NCBI GenBank assembly: GCA_026770705.1
Contig: JANJGN010000022.1
Coordinates: forward strand, 31,372,001-31,436,000
Source: Isurus oxyrinchus
Lineage: Eukaryota
Length of the DNA stretch: 64,000 nt
Direction of reading: 5' to 3'
Shown here piece after piece: positions 1 through 12,423 of this stretch. Position 1 is the stretch's first letter. Every line of letters begins with the position of its first letter. The position numbers and the translations under genes are program-made. The notes beneath the pieces were generated by a model. It was not told where the DNA came from. It did not search any database and worked only from the letters and a program-made list of their open reading frames with translations.

Positions 1-215
1 CCTAACTTAGAAATATATTGCCATTCCTTCACTGTTGCTAGGTCAAAATCCTGGAACTCTCTCCCTAACAGCTCTGTGGGTGTACCCCCAACACATGGGT
101 TACAGCAGTTTAAGAAGGCAGCTCATCACCACCTTCTCAAGGGCAATTAGGGGTGGGCAATATATGCTGGCCTAGCCAGCGATGCCCACATCTCATATCC
201 TGTAAATGAATAAAA
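1..215 (+). mobile_element. 3' end of CR1/L2-group LINE (paralogue of the 40480-43445 element)
   Basis: Matches 43232-43445, including the tail gggcaattaggg...gatgcccacat...aatgaataaaa. Confidence 0.8.
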
Positions 216-806
216 CAAATTATGTATGAAAATAGTCATCCAATTGTCTATACTAAAAAGATGAACTTCAGAACACTTGTTTTCCAAAAGCAAGATGCAA
301 ATTGGCATGAACGAGAGCTAAGGTTATAGAACTCTTATATGACAAGATCGGGATAGTTAACTTCCTCCCCAGGAGGATCTGGAAAGCACTGATGTTGGGT
401 GTGCTATCTTACCCTGAAATTGTATAAATGCTTCCATCTTATTGATCCCCAACACCAGACTGGCCTGTAACATATACAAGGAGGAGTGTGTTAAACAATT
501 TTACAGCTGAGGATCTTTATTTAAAACACAGCTTGGGCTGAAGAACACCACCATGAGAACAGTGCCAGCATCTAATAGTCTGCAATTGAGTCATTTTAGC
601 TCCTTTCTAGAGAGTTATGGGAAGATTAAAGTTAGTTTATATTAAAATGAAAACTGGGCCCAGACTTCAATTTTCAAATTACAGTTGGGCTGAAGACCTT
701 TTTTCTTCTTTTACGGAACGCTGTGATGTCGAAAACTGAACCATTTATTATCCATCACAGGAGAAATAATATTCACTGCAATCACCATTAAACATCAGCT
801 CCCTGG

Positions 807-817
807 TCACTTGACAT
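807..817 (-). CDS. Terminal coding exon, copy A (G|AT GTC AAG TGA)
   Basis: Strong polypyrimidine tract tttttttgtcttttaacag, conserved in copy B. An intervening exon cannot be excluded. Confidence 0.55.
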
Positions 818-3800
818 CTGTTAAAAGACAAAAAAAAGTTACAGAATCTGTGACGCATAGCTTTCAAACATGTCCTAATGTTTGAAATCACACCTACCAT
901 CGGGATTTCAGGTTCTTTTCTAACTGCTGAAATAAAAGAAAAACAACAATTAATTAATTACTTCTGGCACATAATATTTAATTTGAATTAACATGCCCAA
1001 CTGTGAAATTTGCAGTCTATTTTTTTATATAGTTCCAAAACTCCTAATCATTTGTAAAACAGACAGTAATCTGTGTACAATTGTGATGTTAACAGTTAAA
1101 AAAAAGCTCACATTTTCAAAAAAGTTCTCCTACTCCCTTTATCTAACTATAAAAATGATTTTATAACTAAAGGGATCCAAAATAATTGCAATCACCCATC
1201 CTATATATAAGATTTTAGTCCTCTGACTTGACTAGGTGGGTACAGTATTGTAATGGTTATATTACCAATTTCAAATTCAAAAGTCTGGACTAGTAATTCA
1301 GAAGATGAGAGTCCAAATCCCACCAATTTGAATTTGGATTTTTTTTTTTAAAAAAAGGCTGGTATCTGGACAAGTCACCATGAAGCTTCAGTCACTTTCA
1401 GAAGACTGTCCTACATACCCAACTTGTTCACTAGTGTCCTTTCAGGAGGGAGTCTACAGTCCTGTATGCAACTCAAGTAGCACACCAATATGTCTGAATT
1501 GCCCACTGAATTACCCTAGAAAACCACTCAGTGGTATTAAACTGCAATGGAGAAGGCCCAACATCTTCTCATGGTCACTGAGAACGAGAAATAAATGCCA
1601 GCTTTGCCAGAGGTACACATGACCAGAAAGTGATTTTTTTTTTAAAGCATTTCCTTCCTTCTCTTCTCCCATTTGCCTTTCCCTGTATCAAACAGCATAA
1701 CTCGGAAACTTGTGATTTGCAACTTATTCCCACATCTCTTTCAATACTGCTTGATGCATATGCCTCAATAGAAGGGCACCAGAGCAGTTCACCCACCTGG
1801 GTTTTTCCTCCTTCTCCTTGTGGGACTACAGGAGGGGTGGAAGCATGGCTTGTATTTTGTACATTATCTATCCTCTCTTCACCCAACTAAACCTAAAGAT
1901 TGTAACTAATTAGACAACATTCATAACTTTAGGTGTCTCTTGTGTCTGGAGCAAACTAACCAGCAAACATGTTCCTGATCAGTGAGGTAAGAGTATTTGA
2001 TTGCCAATGGTTCAGCCAAAATCTTATGTAAGTCACACAACTCTAGCAAGTGAATTAGAATGCCAGGCAGAATTTCAAACTGTGCAGAATGTTGGGATTC
2101 TGTCACTTTTTATTTAGTTTTGGAACTTGGACAGTTGGCATATGATAAGGCTAAACTGAATTGCTTACCAGATTATGGGTGTATTCAAAATAAAGGCTAA
2201 GCGAAAGTATTTTAAAACATAAGATTAGGTCATGTAATAATCTTAAGTTTTGAAAGGAAAAAGAAGCATTTCCATATCCATCATACCTGGATGCCACCTT
2301 CTGCTGCACTGCAAAACTGCCAAGATTACAAATGCTATAAAACATACTGGAAAAATCATAAATATAGCTATGAGAATATTTGTCTTCCTTTCCTCTGCTG
2401 GCGGCTGATAAGGATTACGTTGTCTTTCCAAGACTGAAACAGAAAATTTAGAAGAAAACAATTTAATTAATTATTAATTTCAGCATCAACTTTTATATAG
2501 AGTCATAAAAGTATACAGCACAGAAAAAGGCCCTTCGGCCTATTGAGTCTGCACCGGTCAAACAAGTACCTAACTATTCTAATCCCATTTTCCAGCACTA
2601 GGCCCATAGCCTTGTGTGCCATGGCATCACAAGTGCACATCCAAATACTTCTTAATTATTATGAGGGTTTCTGCCTCTACCACCCTTTCAGGCAGTGAGT
2701 TCCAGATTCCCATCACCTTTTGAGTGAAAAAATTCTTCCTCACATCTCCTCTAAACCTCCTGCCCCTTACCTTAAATCTATGCCCCCTGGTTATTGATCC
2801 ATTTATTGGTAGCAATTTGTGATTTTGACTTGATTTCTGAGTACTTTCATTGGGAACTCTTTAGGGGGCTTCAAATTCTGTTTCTTTATATATTTTTTGT
2901 CTAATTTAGCTGGTGCATAAATTTTGCATGCTTTTTCTGGAGTATACCTGTGTCCTCCACCAATCTAGGGATGAATTTACACTGATGATGTTGTTTATTT
3001 AGTGTAGACAGAAAGGAAGGAAAAATATAATGGTAAGTCCTAGACTGCCATAATTTACAGTTACAGTCAAATATCCATGTTAACCAATGCATCTGCAGTG
3101 TTTACACAATATTAAAAATGGAGAATAAGAAATTTCTTAGATTGCTATGCACAGAGTGACAAAAAAAATAATTAAAATATGTAATCTAGTAATCCCTTTC
3201 CAGGGCACTGTTTAGCAGCATTGCAAAATCATGTTATTGAAAGGGAGGTTATCGCATTTTTATGTTGCTGCAGATTGGTAATTAGCTTGACTCAGTTGGG
3301 ACTATTCCCTCTTAGAAATCAGAAGGCTGTGGTTCCAAGTCCCACTATGTGCATGAAAACATCATCCTGTCTGGCACTTCAATGCAGCATTGAGGGAACA
3401 TGCACTGGTCAAAATGTTGCCTTTGCAATGAGACATTCAATTGAGATCTCCAGATACCTGCTCAGGCTGATAGACAAGATCTCGAAGCACTATTCAAGTG
3501 TATTCTCCAGATATCCCAGATAACATTTGTTATTCAACCAACGCCACCAAAAATGGGTGAAATGATCATTCACTCAGTCAATTGCTGTTTGTGAAATTTC
3601 CCTCCATGCAAGTTGACTGTTGAAAGTGATTACATAACAACAGTGACTACAACTCAAAGCTATCACATCAGCGATATGTTTCACAAGGTGCTGAGGATGT
3701 GAAAAGTACTATATAAATGCAGGATCACTTGTTCATCCCTCTCTAACATGACTCTCTTTATAACTTGTTGTTGCCTATGAACACAAATCAAGCTTACTAA

Positions 3801-4364
3801 AAATGAGAAGAAATTTGAAATTTGTTGCCAATTAGTGGCAACCAATATTTTACAAGGAAGCACATCAAAGAAATACTGTTACGCACCTTTAACCTTCAGA
3901 GTGATGGTTTGAAATTGGTGACCAGAATTTGATAGCAAATCATATTGATATGTTCCACCATCTGACAATTTTGTTTTCTGGATTAGCAATGAGACATCCG
4001 TTGAATTTGGATGAAGTAATTTAATTCGACCCTGAACTCCACTGATATTTTTATTTGTGCTAAAGACAACTGTTCTATTTCCATCTTTATTTATACTCAG
4101 TTCATATAATGAAAAATTTGTTTTAGTTGTAGTGAAACTGCACGGCAATTCTGTGTCTTTATCAAATATTCCTGTCACTGAATGGACACAATTAAAAGTC
4201 ACGAAACCTAGAAAACAAAAATGTACTTTCACTCATATTACCTCAGTGACAATCGGTGTTTAATGAGGTACATATTGAGAAATACTACAGTACTTACTTT
4301 CTGCAAAGGTTGTTCTTGTGTATAAGATGACATAAAGCAAAGTCACTGTATGGTATGAGCCCAT
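807..4364 (-). CDS. B7-family Ig-superfamily membrane protein, IgV-only paralogue (copy A); predicted join 4364-4298, 4207-3887, 2433-2287, 817-807; 181 aa
   Basis: All introns are GT-AG, phase 1. Leader MGSYHTVTLLYVILYTRTTFAE|gtaagt; IgV (TELPCSF...DVSLLIQKTKLSDGGTY); TM NILIAIFMIFPVCFIAFVILAVL; tail CSRRWHPDVK*. Exon lengths sum to 546 nt with an open frame. Confidence 0.75.
1235..1640 (+). mobile_element. Old tRNA-derived SINE with LINE-like 3' tail (paralogue at ~45035-45450)
   Basis: Degenerate A/B boxes (tgtaatggtta; gagtccaaatcc); tail ataaatgccagctttgccag resembles the LINE tail at 160-190. Confidence 0.55.
2287..2433 (-). CDS. Stalk plus transmembrane exon, copy A (147 nt)
   Basis: Acceptor ttttctgtttcag, donor CAG|gtatga; about 22 hydrophobic residues followed by SRR. 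Confidence 0.85.
2495..2800 (-). mobile_element. CR1 3' fragment, truncated by the IgC deletion (longer paralogue at ~46308-46915)
   Basis: Translates to TRGHRFKVRGRRFRGDVRKNFFTQ...WNSLP. Confidence 0.85.
3275..3735 (+). mobile_element. Old tRNA-headed Deu-type SINE (internally deleted in copy B, ~48110-48245)
   Basis: ctcagttgg A box, ggttccaagtcc B box, central cagcattgagggaa...tgcactg, tail acaacagtgactaca...actatataaatgcag. Confidence 0.55.
3887..4207 (-). CDS. IgV exon, copy A (321 nt)
   Basis: Acceptor ttttgttttctag, donor G|gtgcgt; V-set motifs LPCSF, GRIKL, DVSLLI, DxGTY. Confidence 0.9.
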
Positions 4365-4382
4365 TTCCAGAATGCAGTTCAT
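4298..4382 (-). CDS. Leader-peptide exon, copy A (ATG at 4364, in-frame upstream ATG at 4382)
   Basis: Hydrophobic leader; donor A|GTAAGT; acceptor ...ctttccctaaataagcag directly before 4382. Confidence 0.75.
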
Positions 4383-5164
4383 CTGCTTATTTAGGGAAAG
4401 TACAGAAACATCATTAAGCCTCAGGAATTTAATCAAGCCTGATTTCACTTTTCTTGTGCATCACATTAGTTTTCTTTCAGGAATTTTAAGGAGATATATA
4501 ATGCTGCACCAAAAATTCCATTAGGGAAATTTGCTTTGCTAAAATATTTTGAATGTTCATAAATATTGTGTGTTACTGAAAAACAAACAAATGCATTTTG
4601 TACTGTGTTCCTACAATTCTCACAGCAAGAATCCTGGAATCAATGAACTGACAATAGTATACAAATGGACACCGCAATGGCTCCAATCTTGACAGGGGCG
4701 GGTTATTTATGTTGAAGACAGAGTTTCAGGCACCGATTGCAGATTTCCCACGTATTTTGTAGAATTTTGAATCAACAACGTCTTTTTGCAGGATCAGCTC
4801 CCCACCCCCCACTGTTTGACATGATTGACACCGAGGCGGATGGGGCACATTCTGGAGCAAGCTGCAGCTGCTACTAGGAGCCAGGGGCTGTCCGATCCTG
4901 GACCTGCGATGGTCCGATCCTGGATGACAGCCCAATCCGAATGGCCATCATTGTGCAATTGTGCAATTCTGGCACAGAATTTCCATGGAGATTTCCCCTA
5001 ACTCCCAACATCACTCCAGTAGAAGATAACCGAAAAAGTCTGACTGTTGAAGTTATTCCATCACAGGGTACATCACAACTGTTGGGGCAATTCTTGCGAA
5101 ATTGGTGATTAAACTCCAGACCATCCTGATCTCTCTACTGCTCATCTATTTACAGAATAAATGT

Positions 5165-6445
5165 AGTGAGCAACCAGGTCCCCTTGTCCCCACTTCTCAC
5201 CCCACAAGGCTCCACATTCAAAGGATCATCCTCCGCCATTTCCGGCAACTCCAGCATGATGCCACCACCAAACAAATCTTACCCTCACCTCTCCTGTCGG
5301 CATTCCATCGGGACCATTCCCTCCAGGACACCATGAGCTACTCCTCCATCACCCCAATGCTTCATCCCCTTCCCACAGCACCTTCGCAGGCAATCACAAA
5401 AGGTGCAACACCTGCCCCTTTACCTCCTCCCTCCTCAACATCCAAGGGCCCAAACACTCCTTTCAGGTGAAGCAGTGCTTCACTTGCACCTCCTTCAATT
5501 TGGTCTACAGCATCTGCTGCTCCCTACGCGGTTTCCTCTACATTGAGAAACCAAACCCAGACTGAGTGACCACTTCGTGGAACACCTTTGGTCTGTCTGC
5601 AAGCATGACCCAGACCTTCCTGTCGCTTGCCATTTCAACACACCATCCTGTTCTCATGCCCACATGTCAGTCCTTGCCCTGCTGCAATGTTCCAGTGAAG
5701 CCCAACACAAACTGTAAGAACAGCACCTCATCTTTCAATTAGGCACTTTACAGCTTTCCGGACTTAACATTGAGTTCAATAAATTCTGATCATGAACTCT
5801 CTCCTCCATCCCCATCCCTATTTTTCTAAATTCATTTTTATTTTTTATCCATTTATTTTTATTTTTATTCATTTATCCATGGTTTTATCCCATTTTTATC
5901 CCATTTTCTATCCTGTTTTTCCCCCATCACTGCCCCCTCCTCCAACTTATCTCTTACAGGGCCAACTATTATTTGTTCCTCTCCGCAGATGCTATCAGAC
6001 CTGCTGAGTTTTTCCAGCTTTTTTTGTTTTTGTTTCAGATTTCCAGCTTCTGCAGTATTTTGCTTTTATTGTGGTCTTTCACACAATGCTACCCTTGTTC
6101 TGCTATTATCACATTCTGCTTTCTTACCTTTATGCCATTCAGCACCTTTTTTAGCACTAACCACTACCATTAACAATCCCTTTGCCCTCCAGTTCATGAC
6201 ATCTTTGTCAACCCCTCCTTAGCCCCCACCTACTGCTGGCTTTATATCCAGCTCCACCTGCCCCACCCCCCTTAAAGAGTATACATTTCATGACATTTCC
6301 ACTTATCTTCTGCTCTGAAGAAGGGTCATACTGACTGGAAATGTTAAATTTGTTTCTCTCTCCACAGATGCTGTCAGACTTGCTGAGTTTTCCCACTATT
6401 TTCTGTTTTTGTTTCAGTTATCCGGCATCCACATTATTTAGCTTT
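5165..6445 (+). mobile_element. Penelope-like element 3' fragment (degenerate GIY-YIG) with tandem pLTR end
   Basis: Paralogue in B translates to FTCTSFNLVYCISCSQCGLLYIGETKRRLGDHF; the cagatgctg..agacctgctgagtttt block is repeated at ~5985 and ~6365; hammerhead-like ctgaagaagggtc...gaaat at ~6315. Confidence 0.85.
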
Positions 6446-6975
6446 TAGCTTTGTTTAAATATTCTGATGCCTTTCGAGTTTATATTTGCCGTTAACAAGC
6501 TTTGAATGTTTGCAAGTAGTTATACTGGCTGCCTGAGTTTAAGGTTTTAAACTGCAGACGTTTACTGTCCAGGTGATAGTGCTGAGGGTTATGTTATTCA
6601 GACATTAGAAACAATCTGCAGGGTTACGGGGAAAAGGCAGGAGATTGGCATTCAGTAAAAATGCTCAAAAGAGCCGGTGCAGACACGATGGGCCGAATGG
6701 CCTCCTTCTACCCGTAACGATCCTGTCATTCTGTGACTGCTTCTAAGAAATGATCCCATTCTGTTAGGCGAAGCCAGTTTCGGGAGATCAGTGCGAAGAT
6801 CACTATCTCTGATGTAACAATGCATGATGTGGCTGTTGCCATTTCTGCTAAAAGCGCTGATACATATTTTGATGTAACTAATCTTTCTGATGGGGTCTCA
6901 GGGAACAACAAACAGAGAACAATAATTTTTGACAAATCAGCAGTCAGGCCCCCGGCTGTTTATATTCCTTTCTAA

Positions 6976-7575
6976 TTCCGGGAATACTGCAACAATTGAA
7001 TTTTACATTTCAAATTCGTTTACTGCATTTATTTCTGTTAACCCAATCCTTCCTCCATCCTTAGCTAATTTCTTCAATTATACACACAACACTCATTTTA
7101 CACAAGAGTCAACAAAATATTTCTCACATTTTCTGAAAACCTGGCCGTACTTTTTTTTTCCTCAAGCAAAATATGGAGATCCAACCAGCCCAACTCCAAA
7201 CTGACCCAGGAAAAGACACCTTTCAAAATCCGACACGCTGACAATCGCTGCGAATGATTCAGGGATCTCAACACCGAACATCTCACCTGAAGCCGGAACC
7301 AAGGGCTGGGATCTGCGGGGAGCGAGTCGGCTGTTGGCTCTCGATCCACTGTCCAGTCTGGGATAGTTAGCAGCGCCTGTTAGCTTGTGCCATTGACAAA
7401 CAGTGAGCAAAGGTATCTCCTCCACCCTCCACTATCTCTCCTCTCAGCCTGTGGTGTCGAAATGAACAAAACAAAGAGACTTTTACTGCCTTTCAAACTT
7501 TCTCTTTCGATCCGGCTGGACACAAGCCTGTTGCCAAGAAGCCAATTCCTCGCCCCGCCGCAGAATTACCCCACC
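6976..7575 (-). promoter_or_regulatory. Putative CpG-retaining promoter/5' region of B7 copy A
   Basis: GAS TTCCGGGAA at 6976-6984, IRF-E-like GAAAGAGAAAGT at 7508-7497, GC box at ~7549-7560. GAS and IRF-E are identical in copy B. TSS not determined. Confidence 0.45.
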
Positions 7576-7589
7576 TGCACCGCTCAGGA

Positions 7590-7747
7590 ATCTTTCAGGT
7601 TAAAACAATTAAACCAAATCAACAAAATGAGGACAAATCAAGCACAGCCCCTAATTCAGGTCAGCTGTAAAACTAAAGACAAAATTTAAAGGAAACTTAC
7701 AACTTTAAACCAAAATGTGATTAAAGGGGTCAATAAAACACCCCAGT
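7590..7747 (-). mobile_element. 5'-truncated Tx1 (3' UTR and ORF2 end) with 15-bp TSD
   Basis: Matches Tx1 3' end at 8402-8555; TSD ctgcRccgctcagga at 7575-7589 and 7748-7762; empty site at 51880-51894. Confidence 0.9.
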
Positions 7748-8199
7748 CTGCGCCGCTCAGGATACAGATGGAAACACCCTAAAGATTTTTTTACCTGAAA
7801 CTATTTAAATAAGAGATTGTTGTGAACTAAATTTGATAAGTCATTTTAAAGGAGAATTTTTTTTCACATTGAGGAAAGTCTGTTCTTGACTTCTTGCAAG
7901 CGCAATTCAGCCAAACAATGAGGTGGAATAAAGTCAATCTGTATAAGACAATCTAAACCTGTGACTTAACTGCTGAAAATAATTTATATTGTCCCCTATC
8001 TATTATTATTGCAGAAAAGAAAAATTAACTTTGCTACTTCTTATACTCCAGGAAATCTCACCTCAGTTCAAAAATCGGAAATAGACGATACTAAATTGTA
8101 TTGCAGCTGTATTTACCAAGGGAGACGCTGCTGCTCAGATCATGGTGAAAGAGAAGCTCATTCAGACACTTGACAGGTTTAAGACTGAGGTTTTGGTTT

Positions 8200-8393
8200 G
8201 GCTTTCTGTACTTAAAGTAGATAAGACACCACGACCGGCTGAGATATATGCAGAGACTGAGGGAAGTGAGAGTGGGGAAGCACTATTTGCAATTTTCCCA
8301 CCCTAGCGTGCTGGCAGAGGACTGGAGAATCGCAAACCCTTGTTCAAAAAAGGGGTTTAAAGATAAGCCCAGCAAATGAAGCCAGTCAGTTTA
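8200..8393 (+). mobile_element. CR1 RT fragment interrupted by the Tx1/SINE array; resumes at 22720-23100
   Basis: Degenerate CR1 ORF2 sequence (gactggagaatcgcaaa...ccagtcagttta); the other side reads MYMDFQ...FDK and DRLVEWADKWQ. Confidence 0.65.
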
Positions 8394-8510
8394 ATTGTGA
8401 TAATCTTTTAAATGAAAACCAAATCAACAAAATCAGGATAAATCAGGCACAGCCCCTAATTCAGGTCAGCTGTAAAATCAAGAACAAAGTTTAAAGGAAA
8501 CTTACAAACT

Positions 8511-11500
8511 TTAAATCAAAATGTGATTAAAGGGGTCAACAAAACACCCCAGTCCCCGCGGTGCCCACCGGGCATGGAAGGCCTCGAGAGTGCCAGTAGA
8601 CACCGCGTGCTCCCTCTCCAGGGACATCCGGCAGCGAACGTAGCCGCGGAAGAGGGACAAACAATCGGGCGGGACTCCCCCGTCGATCGCCCGCTGCCTG
8701 GACCAGTTAATGGCCAACTTGGCCAGGCCCAGGAGTAGGTTCACGAGGAGGTCCTCCTCCTTCCCGACCCCCTTCCGCACCGGGTGCCCATAGATCAGGA
8801 GCGTGGGGCTGAAGTGCAAACAAAACATCAATAAAAGGTTTTTCAAATAACTAAAAAGGGAGTGCAGCCTACAACACCCTATGTATACATGGTCCACGGA
8901 CTCCACAAGACCGCAAAAAGGGCACGTGTCCTGAGAGTCCGTGAACCTATGCATCCTCTTATTATAGGGGACTGCTGCGTGCAACACCCTCCAACCCAGA
9001 TCCCTGATAGAAAGGGGGAGGACACCTCCGTAGAGGGCCTCCCATCGGGGGCCTCCGCCGCCGGACGGCAACAAGGCACGCCAGGGCGTGTCCGGTCGAC
9101 AGACAAGGGCGAGAAAATGGAAGGTGTGCAGCAGCAGTCCGTACACAAAGCCCCTCTTTGCTGTGCCAAAAGGCACGGAGGGCATGTCCCCGAGGCGGCT
9201 CATATTGCGGGGCACCAGCACCCTAGGGAGGGATCGGCGCTTGGGGCCAATGTGGAATTCCGTCCGAACAGGGGAACGTTCAGACGGAAGACCACCGCGC
9301 ACCTGGGCCACCTCAAGACCCAAAATAACGTCGGGTCCTAGCACGACCGTTCTCAGGTCTTGGATGGCATCGGCTGCGACCTGGACACTCACAGATGCGC
9401 GTCGCGCCAACTCCTGCGGGAGCATCCAGCCCAGTCCTCCGCCACCCAGCACGTCCCCGATCCTGGTCACCCCTGCGGCCACAGCCCTCCTCTCCACCAA
9501 CCACTGAAAGGGACGGAGGGGCGGATTCCTGATGGGGGAGAGCTGCGTCGTGAGGCGACCACTTTCCAGACTTTGATCAGGTCCTGGTAAAAGATGGGCA
9601 ACGCCTGCAAGGAGCCACCGAGGCCCAGCTGTTCTATATACAGGAGCTGCACGTCATAATTCAGGCCGTGCACCTGACGGAAGAAATACGTCGTCAGGGC
9701 ACACCATCTAGGAGGAGGCTCAACGTAGAGGTATCGCTGCAGGGTCTGAAGGCGGAAAGTCGCCACCTGTGTGCGTAGGCACACTAGCGCCTGACCGCCA
9801 TCCCTAAGCGGGAGACTCAGAACCTCGGCAGCGACCCAGTGCAATCTTTTGTCCCAGAAGAAGTCGACTAACAATCTCTGGATTCTTGTGACAAAGTCCG
9901 GGGGAGGGGTCAAAGTGACCAGCCGATACCACAACATGGCGGCGATCAGCTGGTTTATGACCAGAACTCGACCTCGGTAAGATAGCACTCGGAGCAGTCC
10001 TGTCCAGCGCCGCAGGCGAGCGGTGACTTTCGTCTCCATTTCCTGCCAGTTTGCCGGCCAGGATTCCTCAGCAGGGCAGAGATGGACCCCCAGGTAGAGG
10101 AGGCTGGTCCTGCTCCAGGTGAAAGGCCTGAGCTCCTCGGTTAGGGGATCCATCTGCCACTGACCGACCAGGAGTCCAGAACATTTACCCCAGTTGATCC
10201 TGGCAGAAGAAGCGGCAGAGTAGACCTCCTGGCACTTGCGCATCCTCCGCAGGTCAGCCCGGTCGCTAAACATAAGGAGCACGTCATCGGCGTAAGCCGA
10301 AAGGACCACCCCGATGCCCGGCCCGCGCAGGACCAATCCCGACAATCTCCTCCGCAAGAGGCACAGGAAAGGCTCCACGCAAATAGAATACAACTGGCCA
10401 GACAGGGGGCAGCCCTGACGTACCCCTCTCCCAAAGCGAAGGGGCGCCATCAGGGACCCGTTAACCTTCACTAGACACTCCGCGGCGGTGTACAGAAGTC
10501 GGATCCGGGCGACAAAATGCGTCCCAAACCCGAACGCTCGCAGAGTTCCGAGTAAGTATCCGTGATCCACCCTGTCGAACGCCTTCTCCTGATCGAGAGA
10601 CACGAAGGCGCTCAACAGACCAACCCTCTGGGAATAGTGGATGATGTCCCGGACCAGATGGATGTTATCATAAATGGTTCGGTCCGGGACGGTGTAGGAC
10701 TGGTCAGGGTGGATCATGTGGACCAGCACAGTGCCGAGCCGGGAAGACATGGCTCGGGCGAAGATTTTGTAGTCCGTGCTGAGGAGGGAGACCGGGCGCC
10801 AGTTTTTAAGAAGGCGGAGATCCCCCTTCTTCGGCAGCAGGGCAATCACGGCCCTGCGCCACGAAAGGGGCATCTCCCCGGTAGCAATGCTCTCCCCCAG
10901 GACCCCCGCGAAGTCGCTCCCCAAGACGTCCCAGAACGCCCTGAAGAACTCCACGGTCAGCCCGTCTAGTCCCGGGGATTTGCCCCTAGAAAGACCGTCG
11001 AGTGCGCCGGTCAGCTCCCCCAGACTTATAGGGGAGTCAAGCCTTCCGGCGCACTCCGGGCTGACCTGCGGCAGGTCCTCCCACAAAACTCTGCAAGCGT
11101 CCTCGCTGGACGGATCCGGAGAGAACAGGGCAGTGTAGTAATCTCGGGCGATGGCCCTGATGCCCTCCGGATCCGAGACAAGGGATACGTCGTCGGCCAG
11201 CAGCATAAAGAGCTGCTGACGGACCCCGTGCCTTTTTTCCAGCGAGTAGAAGAAGGGGGAGCCACGGTCCATCTCCCTGAGGAACCGGATCTGCGACCTC
11301 ACGAACGTGCCCCGAGACCCGACCAGTTGCAGGTCCCGCAGCGCGCCCTTCTTCTCATCGTACACCGACTGCAGGGCCGGGTCTGCATCAGGCTGACGGA
11401 GACGTGCCTCCAGGTCGAGCACCTCCTTCTCCAACTCCTCGACCCTGGATTTGCGTCTCTTTGTCGACCCCTTCGCGTACTCTTGACAGAAAACTCGGAC

Positions 11501-12373
11501 GTGAGTCTTGCCCACGTCCCACCATAGCCTCAAGGAGGGGAAGCCTCCCTGCTTCCTTCTCCAGCCGGCCCAGAAACGACGGAATGAGTCCAGGAACCGC
11601 TGGTCTTCCAACAACAGGTTATTAAAATGCCAGTACGCGGACCCCGTCCGAGCGCAGAACGAAGTGAGCTCCGCCCACACCAGACGGTGGTCCGTGCACG
11701 GAACCTGCCGTATAGAAGCAGCCGGAACGCAGGACACGTACGCCTTTGAAACGTAAAGGCGGTCGAGTCTGGACGCTCCGACTCCAGGTGACACAAAGGT
11801 GAACACGCTGGAGTCAGGATGGAGATTTCGCCAGACGTCCACTAAGTCGAAAGACCTGACCAGGTCCCGCAACTTACTCACACCTCGCGTGCAGTGCGGG
11901 GTACCGTGACGGTCCCGGACCCCGAGGGTGCAATTGAAATCCCCCCCGAGGACGATGCACTCGCCAGCGTCGATGGAGCCGAGATGAGTGGACACTTCTT
12001 CAAAGAAGCTCGCTTGCTGCTGCGTGCCCAGGGGAGCGTACACATTCACAAAGTGAAGCACCGCCCCCCCCAGACGCACAGTCAGGTGCAGCAACCGGCC
12101 TGGCACCAGCTCCTTGACCCCCAAGATCTCCGGCTGAAAATGTGGGGCCAACAAGATAGCCACCCCGCCAGAATTGGAGGCTAGGTGACTCATGTAGAGC
12201 CCCCCTCGCCACTCCAGGAGCCACGTGGCTTCGTCTCCCGGAACGGTATGGGTTTCTTGCAGGAGGCACAACGCATACTTCCCGTCCCTGAGGACCGAGA
12301 AGTTCTGGAACCTGCGCTGTGCGCCCCTGCTGCCGCGGATGTTGAGGCTGGCTATAGTCGTCTTCATTGTCAA
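8511..12373 (-). pseudogene. Tx1 copy 1 ORF2 (APE-RT-Zn), frameshifted near 9530
   Basis: LQETH, GGDFN, TDHR, LDQEKAFD, QGCPLSG, YADD, CPFC...H...C. A ~34-bp deletion between tcctga repeats, relative to copy 2, splits the ORF. Confidence 0.92.
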
Positions 12374-12423
12374 AGGTACATCAAACCTTCACCTTAAGTA
12401 ATTAAAAAGAAGAAGAGGACTTT

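Noticed and set aside
1575-1886. 103-aa ORF retained in both duplicates (45393-45698)
   Set aside because: Intronic, overlaps a SINE tail, C-termini are frameshifted between copies, and it has no domain.
7282-7292. CAG|GTGAGA donor for a non-coding first exon
   Set aside because: Not conserved in copy B (CAACTGAGA); first-exon structure left unresolved.
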